The position numbers and the translations under genes are program-made. Shown here one piece after another: positions 56,024 to 64,000 of a stretch of 64,000 bases of DNA. The stretch is from a virus. The DNA lies in the IMG/VR virus record IMGVR_UViG_3300032313_001582, positions 1 to 64,000 of that record; one strand, written 5' to 3'. The notes below the pieces were generated by a model. The model ran no database searches, had not been told where the DNA came from, and was given only the letters and a program-made list of their open reading frames with translations. Numbering within the stretch: the first letter of the stretch is position 1; each line of letters opens with the position of its first letter.

Positions 56024-56383
56024 ATGGAAAACACACAAAATACAGGAGCGCCATCCACACCAAATTTATCGGCATCCGTAAATGCTACAAAATTATCAAA
56101 CTCAGCGACTGTTGGAGATGCACTTGAATCTCCCCCGAACATGGAAAGCGGAGAATCTGCATCTACCCAATCAAGTTCAAATGGTATTGATTTGGCTCAA
56201 TGGATAACAATAGGACTTGTAGCCTTGACAGTTGTTTCTTTAATTACTCAGATAGTGGTGAATAGAAGAACTTTAGTCAAATTAAATGAAGAGGATAAGC
56301 AACTGAGAGAGGACGTGACCGAGTTAAAGTTAGAATTTAAAAACTTTAAAGAAAGTCAAACACCAACTCGCCGCGCCGCCTAA
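56024..56383 (+). CDS. Single-TM protein with an S/T-rich N-terminus and C-terminal coil
   Basis: Composition and one TM helix. Confidence 0.75.
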   Translation: MENTQNTGAPSTPNLSASVNATKLSNSATVGDALESPPNMESGESASTQSSSNGIDLAQWITIGLVALTVVSLITQIVVNRRTLVKLNEEDKQLREDVTELKLEFKNFKESQTPTRRAA

Positions 56384-56393
56384 TTAAAAACAA

Positions 56394-57041
56394 ATGGAAA
56401 AGTGGTTAGATAATGTCACCTACGGGAATCCAGTAGACAAACTATTGCCTTTTATGAGAGCAGGGGTTTATGACTTCCTGTTGCCAGAATTGAAGCAATA
56501 TCCTTTTCCAAGCAATTCTTGTGAAATGACACAAGACGAACTACGCATGCTTATTGAGTTACAAAACTCTGAAGAGCAAAAAAATACAACGATTACCAGT
56601 AGATATTTGGACTATGACAATGACATCGCAACCATATTCAAGTCATTTTGTAAAAAAAGATTAAACCAAGACTATGATGAAGAAATTGATGAGTTGATAC
56701 AAGATTTAGCGGTGTTAATTACCAAGTTAAAATTTGCTTATCAGCGACCAAGACCTTTTCAAATAGCACAATATTATAAAGCAAGATTATTCCCAGTATT
56801 ATCACTGGTTGCAATATCTCCTTCCTATCCCAGTGGTCACACCATTGAGGCAAAAGTAATGGCAGAACTTATAGGAAGTAGACATCCAGACCAGTACGAG
56901 TTTTTATCTCGATTAGCAGACGACATCGCCCAAAGTAGATTGTTTTTAGGACTCCATTTCCCAAGTGATAATGACTTTGGATTAATGGTAGCAAAAGCAG
57001 TTTATACATCCAAACAATTTACAACGAAATATGGACTATGA
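56394..57041 (+). CDS. PAP2/haloperoxidase-superfamily phosphatase
   Basis: KFAYQRPRP, PSYPSGH and SRLFLGLHFPSD motifs C1-C3. Confidence 0.9.
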   Translation: MEKWLDNVTYGNPVDKLLPFMRAGVYDFLLPELKQYPFPSNSCEMTQDELRMLIELQNSEEQKNTTITSRYLDYDNDIATIFKSFCKKRLNQDYDEEIDELIQDLAVLITKLKFAYQRPRPFQIAQYYKARLFPVLSLVAISPSYPSGHTIEAKVMAELIGSRHPDQYEFLSRLADDIAQSRLFLGLHFPSDNDFGLMVAKAVYTSKQFTTKYGL

Positions 57042-57447
57042 ATTCAATCTAATACCAATAGGTAAGCCCAGAATGACGCAACGGGATAAGTGGTTAAATC
57101 CACCACGTCCCGAAATATTAAAATATCGTCTTTCTCGACACGCGATTCAGGATTATGCAATGATGGAAGGTTTCGTTTTAGGCGAAATTTTAGAAGGTAC
57201 TTTTATATTGCCTATGCCCAAATCATGGAGCAAAAAGAAACAAAAATTAATGGATGGTAAACCGCATTTAAATAAACCAGATTTGGATAATATTATTAAA
57301 TTCGTACAAGATTCATTAAAACCAGAAGGCGACCAAATGATTCACACCATAGTGGCAAACAAAATATGGGGTGAAGAAGGTAAAATCATACTTAGACAAC
57401 ATGAAAAAACAACAACAGACTCATCGACAAATACAGGCTCTATTTAG
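57031..57447 (+). CDS. rusA: RusA-family Holliday junction resolvase
   Basis: GKPRMT, PKSWSKKK, KPDLDNIIKFVQDSL...D. Confidence 0.88.
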   Translation: MDYEFNLIPIGKPRMTQRDKWLNPPRPEILKYRLSRHAIQDYAMMEGFVLGEILEGTFILPMPKSWSKKKQKLMDGKPHLNKPDLDNIIKFVQDSLKPEGDQMIHTIVANKIWGEEGKIILRQHEKTTTDSSTNTGSI

Positions 57448-57844
57448 TGTTTTATCGGATTCACTCAATGACATAGGTGTAATTCAAACCATAAACATTA
57501 TTAATAAAGGCAGAAAATCAACTCTTATGCAAAGCGATATTCATTTGACTGCTCAGGCGGTTTCTGAATGTTTTGCTATTCCAATAACAGTCCTATTTGG
57601 TAAAAGTAGAAAGTATCCCAGAAAATATGCTTTTGCAATTTGGGTTTACATTTGCTATTCGGATTGTAATTATAGTTTAAAAGACTTGAGTGACTATTTA
57701 CATTGTAGTATGTCAACAATTTCAAAAGCAAAGATTTTCATGGAAAACTATCCTGAAGACTCGGCATTTAATCAAAAAATACACGAAAAACTGGCTCAAA
57801 CCAGAGAACGACTTAAACAAATCACCACAACTAACACCTTATAA
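57401..57844 (+). CDS. DnaA C-terminal-like HTH DNA-binding protein
   Basis: VSECFAI....LFGKSR...SLKDLSDYL...STI. Confidence 0.65.
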   Translation: MKKQQQTHRQIQALFSVLSDSLNDIGVIQTINIINKGRKSTLMQSDIHLTAQAVSECFAIPITVLFGKSRKYPRKYAFAIWVYICYSDCNYSLKDLSDYLHCSMSTISKAKIFMENYPEDSAFNQKIHEKLAQTRERLKQITTTNTL

Positions 57845-57855
57845 ATATTTCACAA

Positions 57856-58911
57856 ATGGCAGACAATAATCCACCAGTAGGATTCGGAATTGAATCTCAA
57901 AACAACGAATCTTTCTCTCCTTTAATGGAGAGCGTTAACCAAAAATCATACACTCGTCCGAACGTAGAGGTTTCGGATGCAACTCCTATTGAAGAACCTG
58001 TAATTGTTCCACCATCATTTGAGCAATTAGAAAGTGGTTTTCAAGCGAGTATGAATGAAAATGAAGTACCTGCTGACGATAGGAAAGTTTGGGGAGGAGA
58101 TTCTGAACCATCGAGTGCAAATCCTTATGTAGAAAATTTGGATAAGAAAGACCAAAGAGTTGCAAGTTCAGCCATGGCTGATGCATTTATTGATGGTTAT
58201 AGTCAACTAATGTCTTTTGCAAATAAAATGATTCAGTTCAATATTTCAAAAGTTCAAAAAATGATTAGGGATGGTGAAATCGACCCTAATTTATTAATAC
58301 CCGTTTCTGGAACTCCAATGACCATATTGGAGTACATGCAGGAATTTAACAACCAGACAAAAGATGTAATTACGGTTACTGACGAGTTTAAGGATAAAGT
58401 AAGACCTGTGATGATTCGCGTGTTCATGAAGCGTAATATCGGCATGACTGACGAACAATTGCTTGGTTACTATTTTATAGTTGATATTGTTACGAAGGCG
58501 AGCATAGTATTTAGTATCAAGAGCCAGAATGCAGAGTTAATAAGGAGCATGAAGGAAATGAGTGCAGGTTATACCCAACCTCCTCAAGCGGTCAATACTC
58601 AAATAGAAAATCCAGCACCTGCTTCACAAACCCAAGAAAGAGTTTATGAAGAACCCAAGAAAGAACCTGAGCCCGTAGTGAATACACCCAAAAGGGAGTT
58701 TGTTGAACCAGAAGAAATTAAAATGACGGAGGAATTCCAAGATGCAACTGTTGTAAATTCAGTAGTGAGCGAAGAACCAATAGTTCGTTCAAAAGCATCA
58801 GCAAAAATGCCAAAATTTGGAAACGCATCTATTTTAAATCAAATGGAAGAAATTGCATCTAAAACCAATAATACTAAATCAACCCGTGGACGTAAGCGTA
58901 AAACATCATGA
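57856..58911 (+). CDS. Hypothetical protein coupled to the ATPase (possible packaging accessory)
   Basis: 351 aa, ordered core with disordered flanks; ATGA overlap. Confidence 0.7.
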   Translation: MADNNPPVGFGIESQNNESFSPLMESVNQKSYTRPNVEVSDATPIEEPVIVPPSFEQLESGFQASMNENEVPADDRKVWGGDSEPSSANPYVENLDKKDQRVASSAMADAFIDGYSQLMSFANKMIQFNISKVQKMIRDGEIDPNLLIPVSGTPMTILEYMQEFNNQTKDVITVTDEFKDKVRPVMIRVFMKRNIGMTDEQLLGYYFIVDIVTKASIVFSIKSQNAELIRSMKEMSAGYTQPPQAVNTQIENPAPASQTQERVYEEPKKEPEPVVNTPKREFVEPEEIKMTEEFQDATVVNSVVSEEPIVRSKASAKMPKFGNASILNQMEEIASKTNNTKSTRGRKRKTS

Positions 58912-59720
58912 GAGAACCATTATTAGGTGTTGCCGTAGGGCGAAAAGGAGTTGGAAAATCATTTACAACCAATAAATTAATCGAGCAATACGTTGTTGGT
59001 AATTTGGCTTCTGGCATATTGCCAAGAAAAGCCTTGATTCTTGATGTAAACGATGAATACGAACACATCAAGGGAATTGCAGTAAAAGATTTGATTCGAT
59101 TTTCTGTTCATCCCCATGTAGAAGCAAGAAGAATAAGACCTTTTCATCCAGATGGTAAGAAAATGCGATTGGATGATTTGGCTTCAACATTGAATCTTGT
59201 TCTTGAAACTTTTACTGGTGGATTATTACTTATCGAAGATATTAATCGATTTGTTTCAGATATGATGCCACAAGATTTAATGGGGGCGATTGCTACGAAT
59301 CGCCACAGGGATTTGGACATCATACTGCATTACCAAGGTATTGGGCGTATAGGACCGAAAGTATGGCAGAATATTAACTGGCTTCGTTTTCATAAAATTA
59401 CCGAAAGTGCCCAAAGACACCAACGTAAATATGAAGATAAATACGAACTAATTAGGATTACTGAATTAATGGTTAATAAAGAATTTTTTCAAGGGAATGA
59501 TAGATTCTATCAGTATGTTGATTGTGAGAACATGCGTTTAATGGGGCATGTAGATTTGGACAAGTTTGAGGAGGCGTGTAAGCAATATTTAGAAGAAAAT
59601 TATCGCAAAACAATTACTCCATTATTACAAATTCGTTCAGAAGGTAATAAAAAGAAGTGGACACACGAATCTGCTATGAAGCATGAATTGGAAAGATTGA
59701 AAAAAATGTATTTAAAGTAA
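58908..59720 (+). CDS. FtsK-HerA superfamily (A32/P9-like) ATPase, probable genome-packaging motor
   Basis: GRKGVGKS, ILDVNDEY, LLLIED, and NRH.DLDIILHYQ (Arg-finger and Gln motif); stand-alone 270 aa. Confidence 0.78.
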   Translation: MREPLLGVAVGRKGVGKSFTTNKLIEQYVVGNLASGILPRKALILDVNDEYEHIKGIAVKDLIRFSVHPHVEARRIRPFHPDGKKMRLDDLASTLNLVLETFTGGLLLIEDINRFVSDMMPQDLMGAIATNRHRDLDIILHYQGIGRIGPKVWQNINWLRFHKITESAQRHQRKYEDKYELIRITELMVNKEFFQGNDRFYQYVDCENMRLMGHVDLDKFEEACKQYLEENYRKTITPLLQIRSEGNKKKWTHESAMKHELERLKKMYLK

Positions 59721-59891
59721 ATACATCACAAAGCCAGTAAATACCATTACTGCACTAAGTAATTTCAAGTAAATTACTAATTTCCATTTTCATTTAAAAA
59801 TTTAGGTGTAATTAATTAACTATTAATGCAAGGTATTTTTGAATCACTTGCAAATCTGTATTTGTAAGGAACAGAAAAACACACCAAAAAA

Positions 59892-60014
59892 ATGGAACAA
59901 CTAACTCCTATCGTTAAACAAATTGGAATTTTTGTAGTCGCTTTTTTGATTGCCAATCAAATTCAAAAGGCAATCGACAAAGCCAGAACTTCAGCACCAG
60001 AAATTAAACCTTAA
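59892..60014 (+). CDS. 40-aa single-TM microprotein (missing from the ORF track)
   Basis: MEQLTPIVKQIGIFVVAFLIANQIQKAIDKARTSAPEIKP. Confidence 0.65.
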   Translation: MEQLTPIVKQIGIFVVAFLIANQIQKAIDKARTSAPEIKP

Positions 60015-60042
60015 ACCTTAAAAAACTTAAAAACTTAATACT

Positions 60043-60735
60043 ATGAGTATTCGTAAATATCTAATGGATGCACAAGCGAACGCAAACGAAGGCTTCCTTG
60101 GTGCTGATGGCTTCTTTGACGATGGATACAATTTCACCGCCAATGATGATTTCATGGGAGCAGATGGCGACACTATGCCCGCCGCTGCGCCTACCTCTCA
60201 ACCTTACATCATCCAAGTGGCTAACACTGGCTCTGCCGTAAGTTCTTTCCAAATCTTGAACTCGTTCACGTTCATCAACAATGCTGGTTTCTCTAACGGA
60301 AGTTTGTCAATTGGTGACGTAACTATTTCAAGTGCTATTCCAAACGTAACTTACCAACAGATGTTGTATCAGTTCATGAACAACCCTTATAGCGTAGGTT
60401 TGACGTACATCCAATCGGCTTCTCAGAACCAGTTATTGCAAACCATCAGCGTTTCTACGCAAGATGCGAATGGTAACTTGGCTCAAAAGCCGTTAGTGCC
60501 GACTATCGACCCATACCAGTTGCAGACTACCGTGTTAGCGATGCGTTATGGATACAAAATCGACGGTTTCACTGGTTTGATTCTTAATCAAATCTTGGCA
60601 TCTACCACCGTAACCATCTACTTGTACCCAAGTGATAACATCAACTTGGCTCGTGGATTGGCAGGTCGTCCTGTTTCTCGTGAATACGGAAGCCCAGGAA
60701 TCGTGCGTAGTCAACCCGTTAAGTTGGTAGGTTAA
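60043..60735 (+). CDS. Putative major capsid protein (beta-rich, possibly jelly-roll) with an acidic N-terminal extension
   Basis: High-expression codon bias (TTC/AAC/ATC/TAC/CGT), dedicated terminator, beta-strand pattern, next to the ATPase. Confidence 0.55.
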   Translation: MSIRKYLMDAQANANEGFLGADGFFDDGYNFTANDDFMGADGDTMPAAAPTSQPYIIQVANTGSAVSSFQILNSFTFINNAGFSNGSLSIGDVTISSAIPNVTYQQMLYQFMNNPYSVGLTYIQSASQNQLLQTISVSTQDANGNLAQKPLVPTIDPYQLQTTVLAMRYGYKIDGFTGLILNQILASTTVTIYLYPSDNINLARGLAGRPVSREYGSPGIVRSQPVKLVG

Positions 60736-60754
60736 TCCAATCCAATCAAACACG

Positions 60755-60791
60755 AAAAAGGGCGAGGCGAGTTTCGTCTTGCCCTTTTTTT
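60755..60791 (+). terminator. Rho-independent terminator
   Basis: AAAAAGGGCGAGGCGA-GTT-TCGTCTTGCCCTTTTTTT. Confidence 0.9.
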
Positions 60792-60808
60792 ATTAAAACA
60801 AAAAATTA

Positions 60809-61219
60809 ATGAACATCTACGAATATATCGCACGCTCCAATCCTCAAGGGGCACGAATGGTAATTCAGCAATTCGGTTACAGAATTACTGACAATAAAAA
60901 AATGGGCGATAACCTTCGTATGTTGGTCGCACAGGAAGGTGAACCAGCATTAAGAGAAATTGCCAAATTACATCCAGATAGGGATTTGATTCTTGAAGTT
61001 TTTAACGAACCTAAAGAAGAAAAACCATGTACTTGCAAGGATAAAAAGAAGGAAGAAAATTTCTATGGTGCTGATGCAACACTTTCAAGTGCAGTTTTAG
61101 CGAACAACCAACAACAAAATCAAGCATCAGATAGTACAAAACTCGCGATGCAAACAAATTCAATGCTATTTTTAGCAACAACTTTAATTGTAGTAGCATT
61201 AATCGTAAACAAAAAATAA
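60809..61219 (+). CDS. Putative virion membrane protein (C-terminal TM)
   Basis: HPD motif, CTC, FYGADA, C-terminal TM plus KK. Confidence 0.75.
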   Translation: MNIYEYIARSNPQGARMVIQQFGYRITDNKKMGDNLRMLVAQEGEPALREIAKLHPDRDLILEVFNEPKEEKPCTCKDKKKEENFYGADATLSSAVLANNQQQNQASDSTKLAMQTNSMLFLATTLIVVALIVNKK

Positions 61220-62202
61220 TGGCACAAATACAATCCTCAAGTTTATACGCCATCACTGCGAAGACCATTGACACTCGTCCTAATGAAGTAATCGCTTTGA
61301 TTCGTAAAAATGGTGTTATGATTCCCGATGGGGCTTCGTCACAGACCATTGACAAAGCATTTGCAACTTTAATCACTAAAAGCAAACCATTTCAACAACA
61401 ATTTGCTCAATTGGCAACTAAAACCGTAATTGAAGGAAACGCAACAATTTCTTTTGATGGTTCAGTTGGTCAAGATGGGGCATTTAAAAAATCAAATTTG
61501 ATGTTTGATGGCTCAGTTGGTAAAGATGGGGCATTTAGAAATTCAAACCTCATGTTTGATGGTTCAGTTGGTCAAGATGGAGCATTTAAAAATTCAAGTT
61601 TGATGTTCGATGGTTCAGTTGCCAGAGATGGTGCATTTAAGAATTCAAATTTGTCATTTGATTCTTCGGTGGCTCAAGATGGTGCTTTCGATAATTCTAA
61701 CTTGTCATTTCACGGTTCTTTGGCAAAAGATGGTGCGATGCCCATGAGTAATTTCAAGGACGTTTCAAACGAAGTAAACTTTGAAGGTTCATTCCCTATG
61801 AGTAGGTTTGATGACGTTTCAACTGAAGTTAATTTCTCTGGTGCAGGTATTGGAACTACAAGTTCTGCTCCAAAAGCACCAGCACCAATTACCTCTCCTT
61901 CAAAAAGTACTCCAACTTCAAGTGGTTCATCAAAAAAATCTGGTGCTGGATTCGGTTCATATTTTACCCCAGAGTTTGTTCAAAGTCTTTTAACAACAGG
62001 ACTTGGAGTTTGGGCTTATAGCAAGACTGGTCAGACACCACAACAAGTTCAAAACAACTTGGAAGAAGGTAGAAATGACCCTGCATATAACCAGAACAAT
62101 CCCCCACCAGCAAAGGGTTTAAGCACTACTGGTGTAGTTTTAATTTCTTTGGGAGTTATTACTGCAATTGGTGTTGCCGTTTACTTCATGCGTAAAAAAT
62201 AA
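61219..62202 (+). CDS. Putative virion membrane protein with 17-aa repeats and a C-terminal TM
   Basis: FDGSVGQDGAFKNSNLM repeats, S/T/P-rich linker, TM plus RKK. Confidence 0.8.
   Translation: MAQIQSSSLYAITAKTIDTRPNEVIALIRKNGVMIPDGASSQTIDKAFATLITKSKPFQQQFAQLATKTVIEGNATISFDGSVGQDGAFKKSNLMFDGSVGKDGAFRNSNLMFDGSVGQDGAFKNSSLMFDGSVARDGAFKNSNLSFDSSVAQDGAFDNSNLSFHGSLAKDGAMPMSNFKDVSNEVNFEGSFPMSRFDDVSTEVNFSGAGIGTTSSAPKAPAPITSPSKSTPTSSGSSKKSGAGFGSYFTPEFVQSLLTTGLGVWAYSKTGQTPQQVQNNLEEGRNDPAYNQNNPPPAKGLSTTGVVLISLGVITAIGVAVYFMRKK
61453..61758 (+). repeat. 51-bp coding tandem repeat, six units (last one degenerate)
   Basis: Units start at 61453, 61504, 61555, 61606, 61657 and 61708. Confidence 0.9.
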
Positions 62203-62205
62203 ACC

Positions 62206-62433
62206 ATGGAGAACCAGTTTCAAGAAGCCTTGGACAACATAAAGAAATTGAGCAATCAAGATGCTCACGATACTTTTGTTGAAAAATTTCGCACTTCGAT
62301 TAAAGGAAGTGCGGTAGGCTTAGTTACTGGCTTACTTTATGGATGGTATTCCAAAAGGAATTTATATGTTACTGGTATTCTGGGTGCAATAGCAGGTGGA
62401 GCAATCAATTATTTCGTATTTCAAAGAGATTAA
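62206..62433 (+). CDS. Small 2-TM glycine-zipper membrane protein
   Basis: GSAVGLVTGLLYG and GILGAIAGG. Confidence 0.75.
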   Translation: MENQFQEALDNIKKLSNQDAHDTFVEKFRTSIKGSAVGLVTGLLYGWYSKRNLYVTGILGAIAGGAINYFVFQRD

Positions 62434-62434
62434 G

Positions 62435-62743
62435 ATGAAAGTAGTAGCATTAAAAGATTTAAACTTAGGTGGTATTGGAATCGTTGCAGTAACCAAAAAA
62501 AAGGGTGATGTATTTGAATTGTCAGATACACAACCCGTTGGTGGTAAAATACTATTTTACGATGAGTTCGGTACTGGTAAAAAACTTCCTTTAGTTTTAG
62601 GTACAGACATTAGTATCGTTGAAGAAAATAAAGATTCTGTTATGGATGAAGACTCGAAGCGTAAGAAACAGGGCAAATTAATTTTTTTAGGGGGTGCTTT
62701 ATTATTAACCTATCTCGTATATAAAATCATAAAATCAAAATGA
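62435..62743 (+). CDS. Small protein with a C-terminal TM
   Basis: Start MKVVAL; LIFLGGALLLTYLVYKIIK. Confidence 0.7.
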   Translation: MKVVALKDLNLGGIGIVAVTKKKGDVFELSDTQPVGGKILFYDEFGTGKKLPLVLGTDISIVEENKDSVMDEDSKRKKQGKLIFLGGALLLTYLVYKIIKSK

Positions 62744-63030
62744 AAATCTCAGCAGAATTTTGGATGGCAGGTATAGTTTTTTTGGTTGTGGGTTTAAAAC
62801 TCGCAAACCATGAAGACAAAAAGCAGACGATTGTGGCTCAGAAAATGGGCGATGACTTGGATTTTATGGGTCGTGATGACTATTTTGCTGACATGGCAGG
62901 AGGGATAAACGTATTTAAGAAAGGCTCTAATATTACAAATGAAGATTTTGTTATTGGCAGAAATACACCACCACCCTCAATTACTTTACCACGAAAAGTT
63001 AGAATTACAAATAGAACTGAAGCCATTTAA
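62740..63030 (+). CDS. Small protein with an N-terminal TM
   Basis: N-terminal TM, then FMGRDDYFADMAGG. Confidence 0.7.
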   Translation: MKISAEFWMAGIVFLVVGLKLANHEDKKQTIVAQKMGDDLDFMGRDDYFADMAGGINVFKKGSNITNEDFVIGRNTPPPSITLPRKVRITNRTEAI

Positions 63031-63041
63031 TCGATACAAAA

Positions 63042-63131
63042 ATGACAAAAACTCAAAAAGCACTGGCAACAATTTTTTTAGTTAGTGGCATTTTGTACTT
63101 TATGTTCAAAACGCCAAAAGATGACAAATAA
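63042..63131 (+). CDS. 29-aa single-TM microprotein (missing from the ORF track)
   Basis: MTKTQKALATIFLVSGILYFMFKTPKDDK; TAATG coupling to the next gene. Confidence 0.6.
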   Translation: MTKTQKALATIFLVSGILYFMFKTPKDDK

Positions 63132-63637
63132 TGGAAAAAAACACTAAAACCATATTAATAGTGGGTGGGGCGGTAGCCGTTCTCTATTTGCTATTACGCA
63201 ACAGGAAAGATACCACTCTCATTATTGAAAAACAGGGAGAAACTGTGTTTGTGCCGACACCATCTGTGTCTACACAACCTGCAAGCACTTCTGTGACTAC
63301 TTCTGGTAGTACTACTGGTTCTGGTACTGGTGCTTCTGTTAGTCAGAATTCTGGTGGATTAACAACAGATAATTTAATAAAAAATACAACAACCAATACT
63401 GGTGCTGGTGCTTCTACTGGTGTTTCAGTTGGTGCTGGAAAACAAGACCAATCGAGTGCAAGCATTCCATCTGGTGGAATCACTGGTGTAGATACGCCTA
63501 CTGGTGGAGGTCAAGTTCAAGACTATGCTCGTCCTATGACTGGAACTGCTGGTGGAAATGTAGTTGTTGCATTTGATGGGTTTATGTACTCATCCAATGG
63601 AAAAAAATTAACCTTGAATGATTTAATAAGAAACTGA
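63131..63637 (+). CDS. N-terminal TM protein with an S/T/G-rich low-complexity domain
   Basis: TM followed by a Thr/Ser/Gly-rich region. Confidence 0.8.
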   Translation: MEKNTKTILIVGGAVAVLYLLLRNRKDTTLIIEKQGETVFVPTPSVSTQPASTSVTTSGSTTGSGTGASVSQNSGGLTTDNLIKNTTTNTGAGASTGVSVGAGKQDQSSASIPSGGITGVDTPTGGGQVQDYARPMTGTAGGNVVVAFDGFMYSSNGKKLTLNDLIRN

Positions 63638-64000
63638 TGGAAAAGAAATATATCATAGGTGCTGGTCTTGTAGCATTAGGCTTGTTCGCGTATAGCAGAT
63701 ACGCTAAGAAAGACGAATCTGGGCAACAAGAAGAACAAGGTGGTGGCGGTGGCGGTATTGGTGGTGGCGGTTTTGGAGGTGCTTTTGTAAATCCAATTAC
63801 AAATCAACCAACAACACCTTCAGCCCCTTCAACTCCTGCAAAAGTTGGTATTACTCCAGTGACGATTAAAAATCCAACGATTCTGAAGAATTTAGGTGCT
63901 GGTACACCAACCGCGGCTACGACATCATCAACTGGTGCTGGGGCACAATCTGGCGTTACGATGCCAACTGGTGGTATTAAACCAGTTGTTAGAACTGGAA
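63637..64000 (+). CDS. N-terminal TM protein with a G/T/P-rich domain (partial, runs off the right edge)
   Basis: MEKKYIIGAGLVALGLFAYSRYAKK...GGGGGG...PTTPSAPSTP; open to the window end. Confidence 0.75.
   Translation, partial: MEKKYIIGAGLVALGLFAYSRYAKKDESGQQEEQGGGGGGIGGGGFGGAFVNPITNQPTTPSAPSTPAKVGITPVTIKNPTILKNLGAGTPTAATTSSTGAGAQSGVTMPTGGIKPVVRTG

Noticed and set aside
59758-59778. Inverted repeat AGTAATTT-CAAGT-AAATTACT, and CTTAAA repeats at about 60010-60040
   Set aside because: Short and AT-rich in AT-rich intergenic DNA; single instances that cannot be distinguished from chance or an A-rich translation enhancer
1-64000. Stop-codon reassignment
   Set aside because: Coding density is high under the standard code, and TAA, TGA and TAG all end well-packed genes (TAG at 7655, 37420 and 56022)

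Overview
This AT-rich, gene-dense 64 kb window looks like part of a large dsDNA virus. The host is most likely a Bacteroidota bacterium: TAnnTTTG -7 promoter boxes recur, start regions are A-rich without Shine-Dalgarno motifs, and two signal peptides are followed by Gln. No terminase, portal, HK97 capsid or tail gene is recognisable. An A32/P9-like FtsK-HerA ATPase (58908-59720) lies next to a codon-optimised, beta-rich 230-aa capsid candidate and many small membrane proteins, which suggests a tailless, membrane-containing virion. Layout: 1-7.2 kb, minus-strand genes including three tandem beta-class DNA methyltransferases; 7.3-10.5 kb, regulators and a replication initiator; 10.5-25.4 kb, a large glycan-building cluster; 26.3-53.3 kb, large modular proteins plus a MoxR-type AAA pair; 53.3-64 kb, lysis, packaging and structural genes. 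The main finding is that six proteins are punctuated by about 54 hand-counted [FYML]-x-x-G-G motifs (MADGG, YAKGG, FAKGG). Where domains are recognisable (ART, GNAT, zeta-like kinase, repeated small modules), the motifs sit at their boundaries. A minimal Cys-His-Asp transglutaminase-like peptidase gene is embedded in the locus. I infer a di-glycine-cleaved polyprotein cargo system whose modules are shuffled at conserved linker DNA. All family assignments come from recognising motifs by eye; no database search was run.
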